Source: Acidimicrobiia bacterium (GTDB lineage Bacteria > Actinomycetota > Acidimicrobiia > Spongiisociales > Spongiisociaceae). From it: DNA of 64,000 nucleotides. Location of the stretch: positions 18,315 through 82,314 of the forward strand of contig JAJEIM010000039.1 of assembly GCA_022827785.1 (NCBI GenBank), in the 5' to 3' direction. Of the stretch, positions 54,438 through 63,256 are shown piece after piece. The translations under genes were made by a program, and so were the position numbers. The stretch's first letter is position 1. Every line of letters starts with the position of its first letter. The notes beneath the pieces are model-generated. The model was not told the DNA's origin. It ran no database searches and was given only the letters and a program-made list of their open reading frames with translations.

Positions 54438-55121
54438 ATGGACGAGGTGTCGATCAGCTATCGCGGCGACTTGCAGGCCACCATCACCATCGAGCGGCCC
54501 GAGACGCTGAACTCCCTGGCAGCGTCCACGCTGACCGCCCTGGCCCGGGCGGCGGCCGAAGTGTCGGCCCGCCGGGACTCGCTCAAGGTGGTGCTGCTGG
54601 AGGGGAGGGGCCGGGCGTTTTCCTCCGGGCTCGACCTGCGCATGCTGGAGCCCGACTGCGGAGTCCCGGTCCGGGAGATAGTCCGGGGCGGCGAGGCAGT
54701 GATGGAGGCATTCGACGCCATCCCGGCGGTCACCGTGGCGGTGCTGAAGGGGGCGGTCGTGGGCGGCGGCGTGGTGCTGGCCTCGGCGTGCGACCTGCGG
54801 GTCGCTGCTGACGACACCTATTTCGCCCTTCCGGAGGTAGACCTGGGAGTCCCGGTTCGCTGGGGTGGCGTTCCCCGGCTGGTTCGTGAACTGGGACCCT
54901 CCCTGGCCCGGGAATTGCTGTTGACCTGCCGTCCGTTCACCGCCCAGGAGGCCAAGGCGGCCGGATTCCTAACCGACTCGGTTCCTCCCGGAGAACTCGA
55001 TGATGCGGTCCGGGAACTCGTGGAGACCTTGTGCGGCAAGCCGGCCCATCCCCTCCGAGCCGTGAAACGGAGCATCGCCGAGGCGGTCGAGACCATGGCC
55101 CCTGCCCGGACCGGGTTCTGA
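54438..55121 (+). CDS. Enoyl-CoA hydratase/isomerase (crotonase) family protein
   Basis: 227 aa with ITIERPETLNSL, GRGRAFSSGLDL and AVLKGAVVGGGVVLASACDLRVAA, the crotonase oxyanion-hole motifs. Confidence 0.85.
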   Translation: MDEVSISYRGDLQATITIERPETLNSLAASTLTALARAAAEVSARRDSLKVVLLEGRGRAFSSGLDLRMLEPDCGVPVREIVRGGEAVMEAFDAIPAVTVAVLKGAVVGGGVVLASACDLRVAADDTYFALPEVDLGVPVRWGGVPRLVRELGPSLARELLLTCRPFTAQEAKAAGFLTDSVPPGELDDAVRELVETLCGKPAHPLRAVKRSIAEAVETMAPARTGF

Positions 55122-55158
55122 GCGGCGTCCTGAACGCCCGGCCGGCGAAGCAGATCGG

Positions 55159-56916
55159 CTACAGGTCGGCCGCCCCGATGTCGAACAACACCTGATCCCC
55201 ACCTGTAACGGCACCGTGAAGAGCCGTGCTGAGCGGCAACAGCTGTTCGAGGTAGAAACGGCACGTGGCCTGCTTATGGCGATCTCCTGCGGCGATCGCC
55301 GCCGAAGCGGACTCGGCCATCATCGCTCCGGCCGCCACACCTCCGAACATGAGGCAGTAGGGACTCGCACCCGCCAGCACCCGGTTGGGCCGGTCGCTCG
55401 CGGCGAGGAGCCGGCCGGTGGCGTCCTCTAGTCGAGAAAGGGCCTCTTCGAGACTGTCCGCCGCTCCATGCCACTCCGCCTCGCGCAAGGCGGTCACTGA
55501 AGGTGACAACGACCGGATGTATGACTTCACGAACCTGCCTCCGTCGATGGGAAGTTTGCGCATTACCAGGTCGATGGCCTGAATGCCGTTGGTCCCCTCG
55601 TAGATCGGGGTGATTCGGGCGTCGCGCCAGTGCTGGGCGGCGCCGGTCTCCTCGATATAGCCCATGCCCCCGTGTACCTGGATCCCGATCGAAGCGACCT
55701 CCACGCCTATTTCCGTGCACCACGACTTGACGACGGGGGTGAGGAGCGCCAGGCACTTGGAGTGCAGGCGGCGCTGATCGTCGTCCGGCGCGTCGCGTGA
55801 CAGGTCCTGATGCATGGCTGTCCGGTAGATCAGGGCGCGCATCGCCTCCGTGTAGGACCGCATGGTCAGCAGCATCCGGCGCACGTCCGGGTGATCGATG
55901 ATCGGTGAAATCGGATCTGTGGCCCCGACCGCACGGCCCTGCCGCCGCTCCCTGGCGAAGGCGACGGCCTGCTGGTAGGCCCGCTCCGCCACGGCCATAC
56001 CCTGGATGCCGACCGACACCCGGGCCGTGTTCATCATCGTGAACATGTTCCGCATGCCTCTATCGACTTCTCCGAGGAGGTAACCGACCGCTCCACCCCG
56101 GTCCTCGCCGTAGACCATGACGCAGGTAGGCGTGGCCTTGATGCCCAGCTTGTGCTCCAGCGACACCACTTTGACGTCGTTGCGCTCGCCCGGTTCGCCG
56201 CTCCCGTCCGGCAGGAACTTGGGCACGATGAACATCGAGATGCCCTTGGTGCCGGGTGGGGAACCGGCAATGCGGGCTAGCACCAGATGGATCACGTTGC
56301 TCGCCATGTCATGGTCGCCGTAGGTGATGAAGATCTTGGTTCCGGTGAGGCGGTAGGTTCCGTCCCCGGCAGGATGGGCCCGGGTTTCGAGGGCGCCCAC
56401 ATCGGATCCGGCCTGGGGCTCGGTGAGGTTCATCGTGGCCGACCACTCACCGGTGATCAGCCTGGGAAGGTACAGGTCCCGCTGCTCGTCGGTTCCGTGG
56501 GCGGTGAGGGCGGAGATGGCGCTGGTGGTCAGCAGCGGCCCGGTACTGAAGGAGAGGCATCCCGAGGTGAAGAGTTCCTCGACCGCCACCCCCAGGATCC
56601 GGGGCATGTGGGCGCCGCCCCACCGGGCCGGTGCGCCGATCGTTCCCCACCCGGCGTTCACGTAGGCCTTGTAGACCTCCTGGAAACCGGGCGGGGTAGC
56701 CACCCGGCCGTCCTCGAGGGTTGACCCCTCCACGTCCCCAACCCGGTTGAGAGGCGCCACCAGGTCCTGTACGAAGCGAGCGCACTCGTCCAGAAGCGAA
56801 CCCACCACGTCCTGCTCCACGTGCCGGAACGGTTCGAGGCCGAGGACGCGATCGAGGCCGGCGATATGTTCGAGGGCGAAGTGGACGTCTCGGAGCGGGG
56901 CCACGTAGCCGGACAT
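55159..56916 (-). CDS. Long-form acyl-CoA dehydrogenase (FadE5/AidB-like, with an extra C-terminal domain)
   Basis: 585 aa with MNLTEPQAGSDVGAL, IFITYGDHD, GGMGYIEETGAAQHWRDARITPIYEGTNGIQA, and a ~130-aa C-terminal extension. Confidence 0.88.
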   Translation of the reverse strand: MSGYVAPLRDVHFALEHIAGLDRVLGLEPFRHVEQDVVGSLLDECARFVQDLVAPLNRVGDVEGSTLEDGRVATPPGFQEVYKAYVNAGWGTIGAPARWGGAHMPRILGVAVEELFTSGCLSFSTGPLLTTSAISALTAHGTDEQRDLYLPRLITGEWSATMNLTEPQAGSDVGALETRAHPAGDGTYRLTGTKIFITYGDHDMASNVIHLVLARIAGSPPGTKGISMFIVPKFLPDGSGEPGERNDVKVVSLEHKLGIKATPTCVMVYGEDRGGAVGYLLGEVDRGMRNMFTMMNTARVSVGIQGMAVAERAYQQAVAFARERRQGRAVGATDPISPIIDHPDVRRMLLTMRSYTEAMRALIYRTAMHQDLSRDAPDDDQRRLHSKCLALLTPVVKSWCTEIGVEVASIGIQVHGGMGYIEETGAAQHWRDARITPIYEGTNGIQAIDLVMRKLPIDGGRFVKSYIRSLSPSVTALREAEWHGAADSLEEALSRLEDATGRLLAASDRPNRVLAGASPYCLMFGGVAAGAMMAESASAAIAAGDRHKQATCRFYLEQLLPLSTALHGAVTGGDQVLFDIGAADL

Positions 56917-57040
56917 GACCCGCGATTCTAGAAGCGCAGGACAGGCTACCGGCCGGGGCGCCTACTACTCCTGACGTGACCGTGGGACCCGATCCGTAAC
57001 GCCCGGTTCTTTTCGCGCTCTCGCAGAGAGGGCTCGAAAC

Positions 57041-57062
57041 TGTCACAGGCCCCCGATACGTT
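57041..57062 (+). promoter_or_regulatory. Orphan RecA-NDp-type promoter motif in a gene-free spacer
   Basis: cTGTCAcag-N8-TAcgtT on the plus strand, between two minus-strand genes. It has the same architecture as the recA and ssb-paralogue copies. Confidence 0.5.
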
Positions 57063-57224
57063 GCCTATCGCCAAGCACCTATACCGGCCGAGGCTACGAG
57101 ACCGATCGGAAGGGCCGGGACTGCGGGAACATGACAGCTTATGGAGCGAAGGCCGAACCGTCCGGCAGCCGGCCGGCCGCGGCCTACCCCGCTCCAACAG
57201 GATGGGTGGTGGCGGGGGCGGGGC

Positions 57225-57247
57225 CCGGTGCGGAGCACCGGTCTTTT
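57225..57247 (+). terminator. Plus-strand intrinsic-terminator-like hairpin
   Basis: CCGGTGC-GGA-GCACCGG (7-bp GC-rich stem) is followed directly by TCTTTT. On the minus strand the hairpin is followed by a G/C run, so the polarity is plus. No annotated plus-strand gene ends here. Confidence 0.45.
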
Positions 57248-57273
57248 GGCGAGGTGCCGGGGGGATGGTGGGG

Positions 57274-58425
57274 CTAGAGCCGATCCAGGCCTCGGGCCAG
57301 GTCCTCGATCAGGTCCTCGACATCCTCGAGGCCGACGGAGATGCGCACCAGCCCGTCGGTTATGCCGACCCGGAGGCGCTCCGGCTTCTCCACATCGGCG
57401 TGGGTCATGGTGACCGGGTGGGTGATCAGCGACTCCACCGACCCGAGGTTCTCGGCCAGCGTCCATACCCGGAGGGATCCCATCAGCGACTTGGCGGCCT
57501 CGACGCCGCCCTCGACCTCGAACCATCCCATGGCGCCGTATCCTGAAGCCTGCTCGGTGGCCAGTTCGTGCTGGGGGAACGACGCCAGCCCCGGGTAGGA
57601 GACAGTGGTCACCCTGGGATGGCCCTCCAGGAACTCGGCCACGGCCATGGCGCTGGCCGATTGGCGCTCCATACGCTCGCTGAGGGTCTTGCTCCCCTGG
57701 AGCGTCAGCCAGGCCACCATGGGCGACATGATCAGGCCCGCGGCGTTCTGCACGAAGGCCACCGCCTCCGAGAGCGCCTCCGTCCGGCATACCACCGCTC
57801 CGCCCACGGTGGCGTTATGGCCGTCGAAATACTTGGTGGTGGAGTGCACCACCAGATCAGCGCCCAGCTCGAGCGGGCGCTGGAAGTAGGGGGTGAGGAA
57901 GGTGTTGTCCACCGCGTGGGGAATGCCCAGCGATGTGGCGATCTCCGAGACTCCGGCGATGTCGGTGTACTTGAGGGTCGGGTTGGCGGGCGTCTCGGTG
58001 AAGACGAGCCTGGTCCGTTCGTTGATCGCGGCCGTCACCGCCTCGAGATCGGACGTGTCCGCGAAGGTGAAATCGACCCCGAATCGGGTGAACACCTTGG
58101 TGGCCAGGCGGTAGGTGCCCCCGTAGGCGACATCGCTGACCACAACGTGATCCCCCGCGTTGAGCAGGGCCATGAAGACGGCGTTGGTGGCGGCCATACC
58201 GGTTCCGAACGCCGCCGAAGCGAACCCGCGCTCGAGCTTGGCGATCCGTGCCTGCAGCGCCGTCACGGTGGGATTGGCGGACCGGGAGTACGAGTAGCCG
58301 GTGGCCATGTAGTCGTCCACGGACGGCTGCACGAAGGTGGTCGACTGATGGATGGGCGTGAGGATGGCGCCGCTGGCGGGGTCGGGCGTCACGCCGGCAT
58401 GTATCTGGTCTGTTCTGAACCCCAT
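57274..58425 (-). CDS. Cys/Met-metabolism PLP enzyme (cystathionine gamma-synthase / gamma-lyase family)
   Basis: 383 aa with YSRSANPTV, the PLP-lysine region HSTTKYFDGHN, SLGSVESLITHPVTMTH, and VRISVGLEDVEDLIEDL. Confidence 0.88.
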   Translation of the reverse strand: MGFRTDQIHAGVTPDPASGAILTPIHQSTTFVQPSVDDYMATGYSYSRSANPTVTALQARIAKLERGFASAAFGTGMAATNAVFMALLNAGDHVVVSDVAYGGTYRLATKVFTRFGVDFTFADTSDLEAVTAAINERTRLVFTETPANPTLKYTDIAGVSEIATSLGIPHAVDNTFLTPYFQRPLELGADLVVHSTTKYFDGHNATVGGAVVCRTEALSEAVAFVQNAAGLIMSPMVAWLTLQGSKTLSERMERQSASAMAVAEFLEGHPRVTTVSYPGLASFPQHELATEQASGYGAMGWFEVEGGVEAAKSLMGSLRVWTLAENLGSVESLITHPVTMTHADVEKPERLRVGITDGLVRISVGLEDVEDLIEDLARGLDRL

Positions 58426-58504
58426 CGGCCTCCTCGGACGGGTGACAGGTTACCCCGACGTTCGGGATATCCCGGCACCGCGCGCGTTACCATCGCCCGG
58501 CGGG

Positions 58505-59512
58505 ATGATGAAGCGGGCGCACAAGATCACGACCACCGAGATGCACACCGGCGGGGAGCCGGTCCGGATCGTCGAATCCGGGTACCCGCCCATCCCGGGG
58601 GCCACCATCCTGGACAAGCGCCGCTACGTCCTCGCGGAGCTCGATCACCTGCGTACGGCCCTGATGCACGAACCGCGCGGCCACGTCGACATGTACGGGG
58701 TGATCCCGGTGGAACCCGACCTTCCCGAAGCCGACCTCGCGGCGCTCTTCATGCACAACTCGGGTTATTCCACCATGTGTGGCCACGCCGTCATCGCTCT
58801 GGGCAGGTATGCGGTGGACAGGGGACTGGTTCCGAAGGCAGCGCCCGAGACCAGGGTCGTAATCCAGTGTCCCTGCGGGCCGGTGGCGGTCCGCGTCGAG
58901 GTGAGCGAAGGAAACGCCGGTGCGGTCTGTTTCGAGAGCGTGCCTGCCTTCGCCCACTCCCTTGATCTTAAAGTAGAAGTAGAAGGTTATGGGTCGGTCT
59001 TGTGCGATGTGGCGTACGGGGGCGCCTTCTACGCGGTAGCCGACGCCGGGCGGTTCGGGCTCGAGGTTCCGGGTTCCGCGGTTGCTGACCTGGTCAGGGC
59101 CGCCGACGCACTATCCGCGGCGGTGCGGGAACGCGTCGAACTAGTCCATCCCGATGCCGGTGACCTGGGCTATCTGTACGGATCGGTCCTCACCGACGGC
59201 CAGGACGACGCACCTCTCTCGGCCAACGTGTGCGTGTTCGCCGACTCGCAGGTGGACCGGAGTCCGACCGGGTCGGGAGTGACCGCCCGGATGGCCATCG
59301 GCCATGCCCGTGGGCAGGTGTATCCGGGGGAGGTACGTACCTTCGAGAGTGTTACGGGATCGACCATGACCGGCCGGGTCGTGGCAGAGAGTACGGTCGG
59401 TGACCTGGCGGCGGTCACGGTGGAGGTGTGCGGGAGGGCCTACTACACCGGCGCCGCATCGTTCATCATCGAGCCGGACGACCCGTTCCGTCACGGCTTC
59501 CTGGTCAGATAA
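58505..59512 (+). CDS. Proline racemase superfamily enzyme, Cys/Thr type (predicted trans-3-hydroxy-L-proline dehydratase)
   Basis: ATG at 58505 within track ORF 58352..59512. TTEMHTGGEPVRIV; the first catalytic position is Cys (YSTMCGHAVIA) and the second is Thr (DRSPTGSGVTA). Confidence 0.75.
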   Translation: MMKRAHKITTTEMHTGGEPVRIVESGYPPIPGATILDKRRYVLAELDHLRTALMHEPRGHVDMYGVIPVEPDLPEADLAALFMHNSGYSTMCGHAVIALGRYAVDRGLVPKAAPETRVVIQCPCGPVAVRVEVSEGNAGAVCFESVPAFAHSLDLKVEVEGYGSVLCDVAYGGAFYAVADAGRFGLEVPGSAVADLVRAADALSAAVRERVELVHPDAGDLGYLYGSVLTDGQDDAPLSANVCVFADSQVDRSPTGSGVTARMAIGHARGQVYPGEVRTFESVTGSTMTGRVVAESTVGDLAAVTVEVCGRAYYTGAASFIIEPDDPFRHGFLVR

Positions 59513-59981
59513 CCCGCGTGAGTTCAGCTTCGAGGTGAACTTGAAAGGGCTGGCCGACCGCGGCCATCCACAGCTGGTACCGCATGGTGTCTCCGTCCAC
59601 CCTGATGGAGCGCTCGACCCGGGACACCTCGACCGCCGTGGGGCTCGTCCTGACTTCCCTGGATCTCAATTGCACTTGGTTGCCGTCGATCGTTCCCGTG
59701 TGGACCTCGACGATTCCCGTCGGCTGGGCGATGACCAACTCGGCGCCGTCGGGACCTCCGGGCCGGATGTAACCCGATTCGGAGTGGAGCGGTTCGCCCT
59801 CTCCACCCGCTCGCCTGGTTCTTTGCAGGTATGCGATGAACGGTTTGCCGGGGCCCGGCGTGAAGATGGCTTCCTCGACGTAGTCGAAGGGCTCGATGGT
59901 CGGGTACCGGCCGCTACCCGTGCCTCGCCAGGTACCGACCAGGAAGGCCAGCGAGTTCAGGTCGGGATGCGCTCGGTTCAC
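59505..59981 (-). CDS. Nitrobindin/THAP4-like heme-binding beta-barrel protein (DUF1794, FABP-like)
   Basis: 158 aa with [30 protein letters not shown] and the C-terminal beta-barrel pattern typical of the UPF0678/nitrobindin family. Confidence 0.7.
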   Translation of the reverse strand: MNRAHPDLNSLAFLVGTWRGTGSGRYPTIEPFDYVEEAIFTPGPGKPFIAYLQRTRRAGGEGEPLHSESGYIRPGGPDGAELVIAQPTGIVEVHTGTIDGNQVQLRSREVRTSPTAVEVSRVERSIRVDGDTMRYQLWMAAVGQPFQVHLEAELTRVI

Positions 59982-60634
59982 CGCGGTGCCGGTACCCGGC
60001 AGGACACTCCCGTTCCCTTGAGGCCGCAGTAGCCGTTGGGGATTTTGGCCAGGTACTGCTGGTGGTAGTCCTCGGCGTAGTAGAAGGGCGGCGCCGGCCG
60101 GATCTCGGTAGTGACCGGTCCGAAGCCCCGAGCGGCCAGATCCCGCTCGTAGGCTTCCTTGGTCTGCTCGGCAGTCTCGCGCTGGACGTCGGACGTCCAG
60201 TAGATCGCCGACCGGTACTGAGTGCCCCGGTCGTTACCCTGGCGCATCCCCTGGGTCGGGTCGTGTTCCTCCCAGAAGCGCTTCAGCAGGTCTCCGTAGG
60301 AGACGGCCTCCGGGTCGAACACCACCATCACCGCCTCGGTGTGCCCCGTGTATCCACTGCAGACCTCCCGGTAGGTCGGATTGGGGGTGAATCCCCCCTG
60401 GTATCCGGCTGCGGTCGTGTACACCCCGGGGATCTGCCAGTAGATCCTCTCCACGCCCCAGAAGCAACCCATGCCGAAATAGGCGATCTCCATACCCTCC
60501 GGGAACGGCGGTGCGATGGTTCGCCCATGCACGAAGTGCGGCAGGGGTGCCAGGACCGGGGTGTCCCGTCCTGGCAGGGCGGAATCCTCCGAGATCAACA
60601 GGTTCTTGGTCCGGAACATCAACCCCACCCTCAT
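59978..60634 (-). CDS. msrA: Peptide-methionine (S)-S-oxide reductase
   Basis: GMGCFWGVE catalytic motif and [15 protein letters not shown]. Alternative ATG at 60619. Confidence 0.92.
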   Translation of the reverse strand: MRVGLMFRTKNLLISEDSALPGRDTPVLAPLPHFVHGRTIAPPFPEGMEIAYFGMGCFWGVERIYWQIPGVYTTAAGYQGGFTPNPTYREVCSGYTGHTEAVMVVFDPEAVSYGDLLKRFWEEHDPTQGMRQGNDRGTQYRSAIYWTSDVQRETAEQTKEAYERDLAARGFGPVTTEIRPAPPFYYAEDYHQQYLAKIPNGYCGLKGTGVSCRVPAPR

Positions 60635-60756
60635 TGCCTCCTGGAATCCTACTCCCGGGCCGGTACTTACTCGCGCGCCCGGATTCCGTCATGGAGTGCT
60701 TCGCGGTTCGATGCCGTTAGGGTCCGGGGCCGGAGTCAACTTGGAGGTGTGCACGG

Positions 60757-61602
60757 ATGCGCGTCGGGGTGAACATTTTCCTCACCGAGTACTCGATCCA
60801 ACCGGTTCAGTTGGGGGAGGAGTTGGAGGCTCGCGGATACGAGTCGCTCTGGGTGGCGGAGCACAGCCATATCCCGACCAGCCGCGACACTCCCTGGGGT
60901 GGGCGGAAGGATGCTCCGCCGCTGCCGAAGGAGTACAGCTACACCTACGACTCGTTCGTGGCGCTGGCCGCGATCGCAGCGACCACCGATCGGCTGAAGG
61001 TCGGCACCGGCATTGCCCTGGTGGCGCAACGGGATCCGATCTGGCTGGCCAAGGAGGTGGCCTCGCTGGACATCATCTCCGAAGGACGGTTCGAGTTCGG
61101 GATCGGGTTCGGCTGGAACCGGGAGGAGATGGCTAGCCACGGCGTCGATGCCCGGACGAGGCACAGGTTGGTCCGGGAGAAGATCGCTCTGATGAAGGCT
61201 CTTTGGACCGAAGACCGGGCTTCCTACCGGGGAGAGATGATCAGCATGGAGGAGAGCTGGGCGTGGCCCAAGCCCTACCAGAAGCCGCATCCCCCCATCG
61301 TGATGGGGAGTGCAGGAGGCCCCATGGCGCTGGCGGCGGTGGCCGAGTACTGCGACGGCTGGATGCCGGTGCACCCGCAGGACCTGGCCGGAGACATCGC
61401 CAGGCTGCATGCCCTTCTCGAGCAGGCCGGAAGGGATCCGGCGGAGGTGGAGATCGGCGTCTACGGTACCAGTCCCGATCCGGACAAGTGGGAGGAGTGG
61501 GAAGCCCTGGGGGTGTCCCGGGTGCTCATCTTCCTGCCTCCCGCACCTGCTGATGTCGTGGTGCCGTTACTCGATCAGCATCGTCACCTGATAGGCGACT
61601 AG
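60757..61602 (+). CDS. LLM-class (luciferase-like) F420-dependent oxidoreductase
   Basis: 281 aa with MRVGVNIFLTEYS...GYESLWVAEHSHIP...FEFGIGFGWNREEM, typical of the TIGR03619-like F420-dependent LLM group. Confidence 0.8.
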   Translation: MRVGVNIFLTEYSIQPVQLGEELEARGYESLWVAEHSHIPTSRDTPWGGRKDAPPLPKEYSYTYDSFVALAAIAATTDRLKVGTGIALVAQRDPIWLAKEVASLDIISEGRFEFGIGFGWNREEMASHGVDARTRHRLVREKIALMKALWTEDRASYRGEMISMEESWAWPKPYQKPHPPIVMGSAGGPMALAAVAEYCDGWMPVHPQDLAGDIARLHALLEQAGRDPAEVEIGVYGTSPDPDKWEEWEALGVSRVLIFLPPAPADVVVPLLDQHRHLIGD

Positions 61603-61737
61603 CCCCGTCCTCGACCGGCCGGGGTACGGGTGGGCCGGGGTTCTCCGCAACGGCACTGCGGCGATGGGTGAAGAGCCCTGAGTTCCGGTAGACGGCTCGG
61701 GGAGCTTTCGGGGTTCCTTCTGCAGAGCTACGGTCCG

Positions 61738-63240
61738 GTGTCCAATAGGCTGCATCGTATGGAGGCCGAGCCGACGGAGAGGATGCAGACCGGACCGGAG
61801 CAATACGGCGCCCGAGCTGGATTGCGCAGGGTGGGGAAGGGCGGTATCCGGCCGGCGGCTCTCGGCATCCTGGTGTCGATCCTGGTGTTTCTCGCGGGTA
61901 CCGTATCGGCGCAGGAGCCGGGGGGTGAGGCGTGTCCCGCCACGATCCCGTCATCCGGCTTCGCGGACACCGAGGACCTGAGCGACGAGTCGGTCCGGGC
62001 CATCGACTGCGTGGCCCATTACGGGATCACCACCGGGACCAGCCCCACCACCTACTCGCCGCATGACCACCTGACCCGGGCCCAGATGGCTCGCTTCCTG
62101 ATCAGAACAGCGTCGGCGCTCGGTGTGGAGCTTCCGGCCGGCGATTCCATGCCCTTCGAGGACATCTCCGGCCTTGACGCCGACGGGCAACGGTCGGTAG
62201 CCCGGCTGCACGAGTTGGGGATCACGACCGGGAGACGGCCGGGACAGTTCGATCCTGACGCTCTCGTCGGTCGCCGCCAGATGGCCCTGTTCCTTGCACG
62301 CACGCTGGCCGCCGCGGGCATTGCGGGCGAAGGAGATCCTGACGCTCTTCCTTACTCGGACCTGGAAGGATGGTCGGACGAGGCGTTGGGCGCGGTGGCG
62401 GGACTGGCGGCTCTGGGGATCGAGTGGCCGGCCGCCACGGACCTGTTCGAGCCGGTGCTTCCGGTTACCCGTGAGGAGGCGGCTCTCCTGCTGGCAGGCG
62501 TCCTCGAAGCCGGAGGCGCTAGCCATGTGGTGCTTGCCATCGAGGTGTCCAGCGCCACGAGTCTCCACGACGAGGGGATCGTGGTCACCGTCACCGCCAC
62601 CAGGCCGGACGGAAGCCCCTACCGCGGGCTACTGGTCGACATGTTCGTCTCGGGATTCGGTCACAGGTACGACGGCACCTGCTTCCTGGTGACCGATGCC
62701 CGGCTGTACGGCGTCGACGCCGGCACGGCCGAGGACTGCGTGATCGATCGGGCCGACCCTCGCACCAACTACCTGGGACAGATCAAGGCAAGCCTGGCGC
62801 ACGGGCCTCGGGCCGCGACGAGCCGGATCTATGCCTGGGTCGGGGATCTCGGGCAGGAGTTCCGGGAGACCCGTCCCCATCAAGTTTGGGTTGAAGTTGA
62901 ATGGACGGATGTCCCGGATCGCGTGGAGATCGACGGTCCGATCGAGGCGCGCTACGAGGAAGTGGTGGAAGTCGAGGTGCGGCTGATCGGGTCCAACCGA
63001 GGTCGGCGGCAGCTGGTCATGATGGTGATCCGTGACGGGGTCACCGTCCACAGGGTGACGCGGACGACGCCGTACAGCGGGAGGGTGGACTTCGTGTATG
63101 TCGGTCCGGACGACCCCTCCTCCAACAACGACGACGAGCTGGTGGAGGTCATCAAGGTGTTCTGGGACCGCAACGGGAACTGGATACATGACGGGCCGGC
63201 CGAGATATCGGATGAGACCACCGTCACATGGGACGACTGA
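61738..63240 (+). CDS. Secreted protein with three SLH repeats and a beta-rich C-terminal domain
   Basis: TM/signal (ALGILVSILVFLAGTVSAQE). Three SLH-like repeats follow: FADTEDLSD...HLTRAQMARFLIRT; FEDISGLD...VGRRQMALFLART; YSDLEGWSD...VTREEAALLLAG. The GTG start is uncertain (in-frame ATGs at 61759 and 61783). Confidence 0.7.
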   Translation: MSNRLHRMEAEPTERMQTGPEQYGARAGLRRVGKGGIRPAALGILVSILVFLAGTVSAQEPGGEACPATIPSSGFADTEDLSDESVRAIDCVAHYGITTGTSPTTYSPHDHLTRAQMARFLIRTASALGVELPAGDSMPFEDISGLDADGQRSVARLHELGITTGRRPGQFDPDALVGRRQMALFLARTLAAAGIAGEGDPDALPYSDLEGWSDEALGAVAGLAALGIEWPAATDLFEPVLPVTREEAALLLAGVLEAGGASHVVLAIEVSSATSLHDEGIVVTVTATRPDGSPYRGLLVDMFVSGFGHRYDGTCFLVTDARLYGVDAGTAEDCVIDRADPRTNYLGQIKASLAHGPRAATSRIYAWVGDLGQEFRETRPHQVWVEVEWTDVPDRVEIDGPIEARYEEVVEVEVRLIGSNRGRRQLVMMVIRDGVTVHRVTRTTPYSGRVDFVYVGPDDPSSNNDDELVEVIKVFWDRNGNWIHDGPAEISDETTVTWDD

Positions 63241-63256
63241 CGATCGGGGATCTGAC

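Noticed and set aside
56917-57273. Tested the 357-bp spacer for known housekeeping RNAs (SRP/4.5S GGAA-tetraloop domain, RNase P GGAAAGUCCGGGC core, tmRNA 5' GGGG plus T-arm and tag ORF).
   Set aside because: None of the diagnostic conserved strings is present on either strand, so the candidate transcript is treated as novel or unknown rather than assigned to a family.
57061-57546. Plus-strand ORFs in and beyond the spacer: 161 aa (57061-57546), 90 aa (57141-57413) and a 48-codon ORF (57131-57277).
   Set aside because: They run antisense into the well-supported PLP-enzyme gene, have Arg/Gly/Pro-rich translations, and lack a convincing Shine-Dalgarno. The terminator-like hairpin at 57225-57247 lies inside all of them. 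A micro-ORF cannot be excluded but is not supported.
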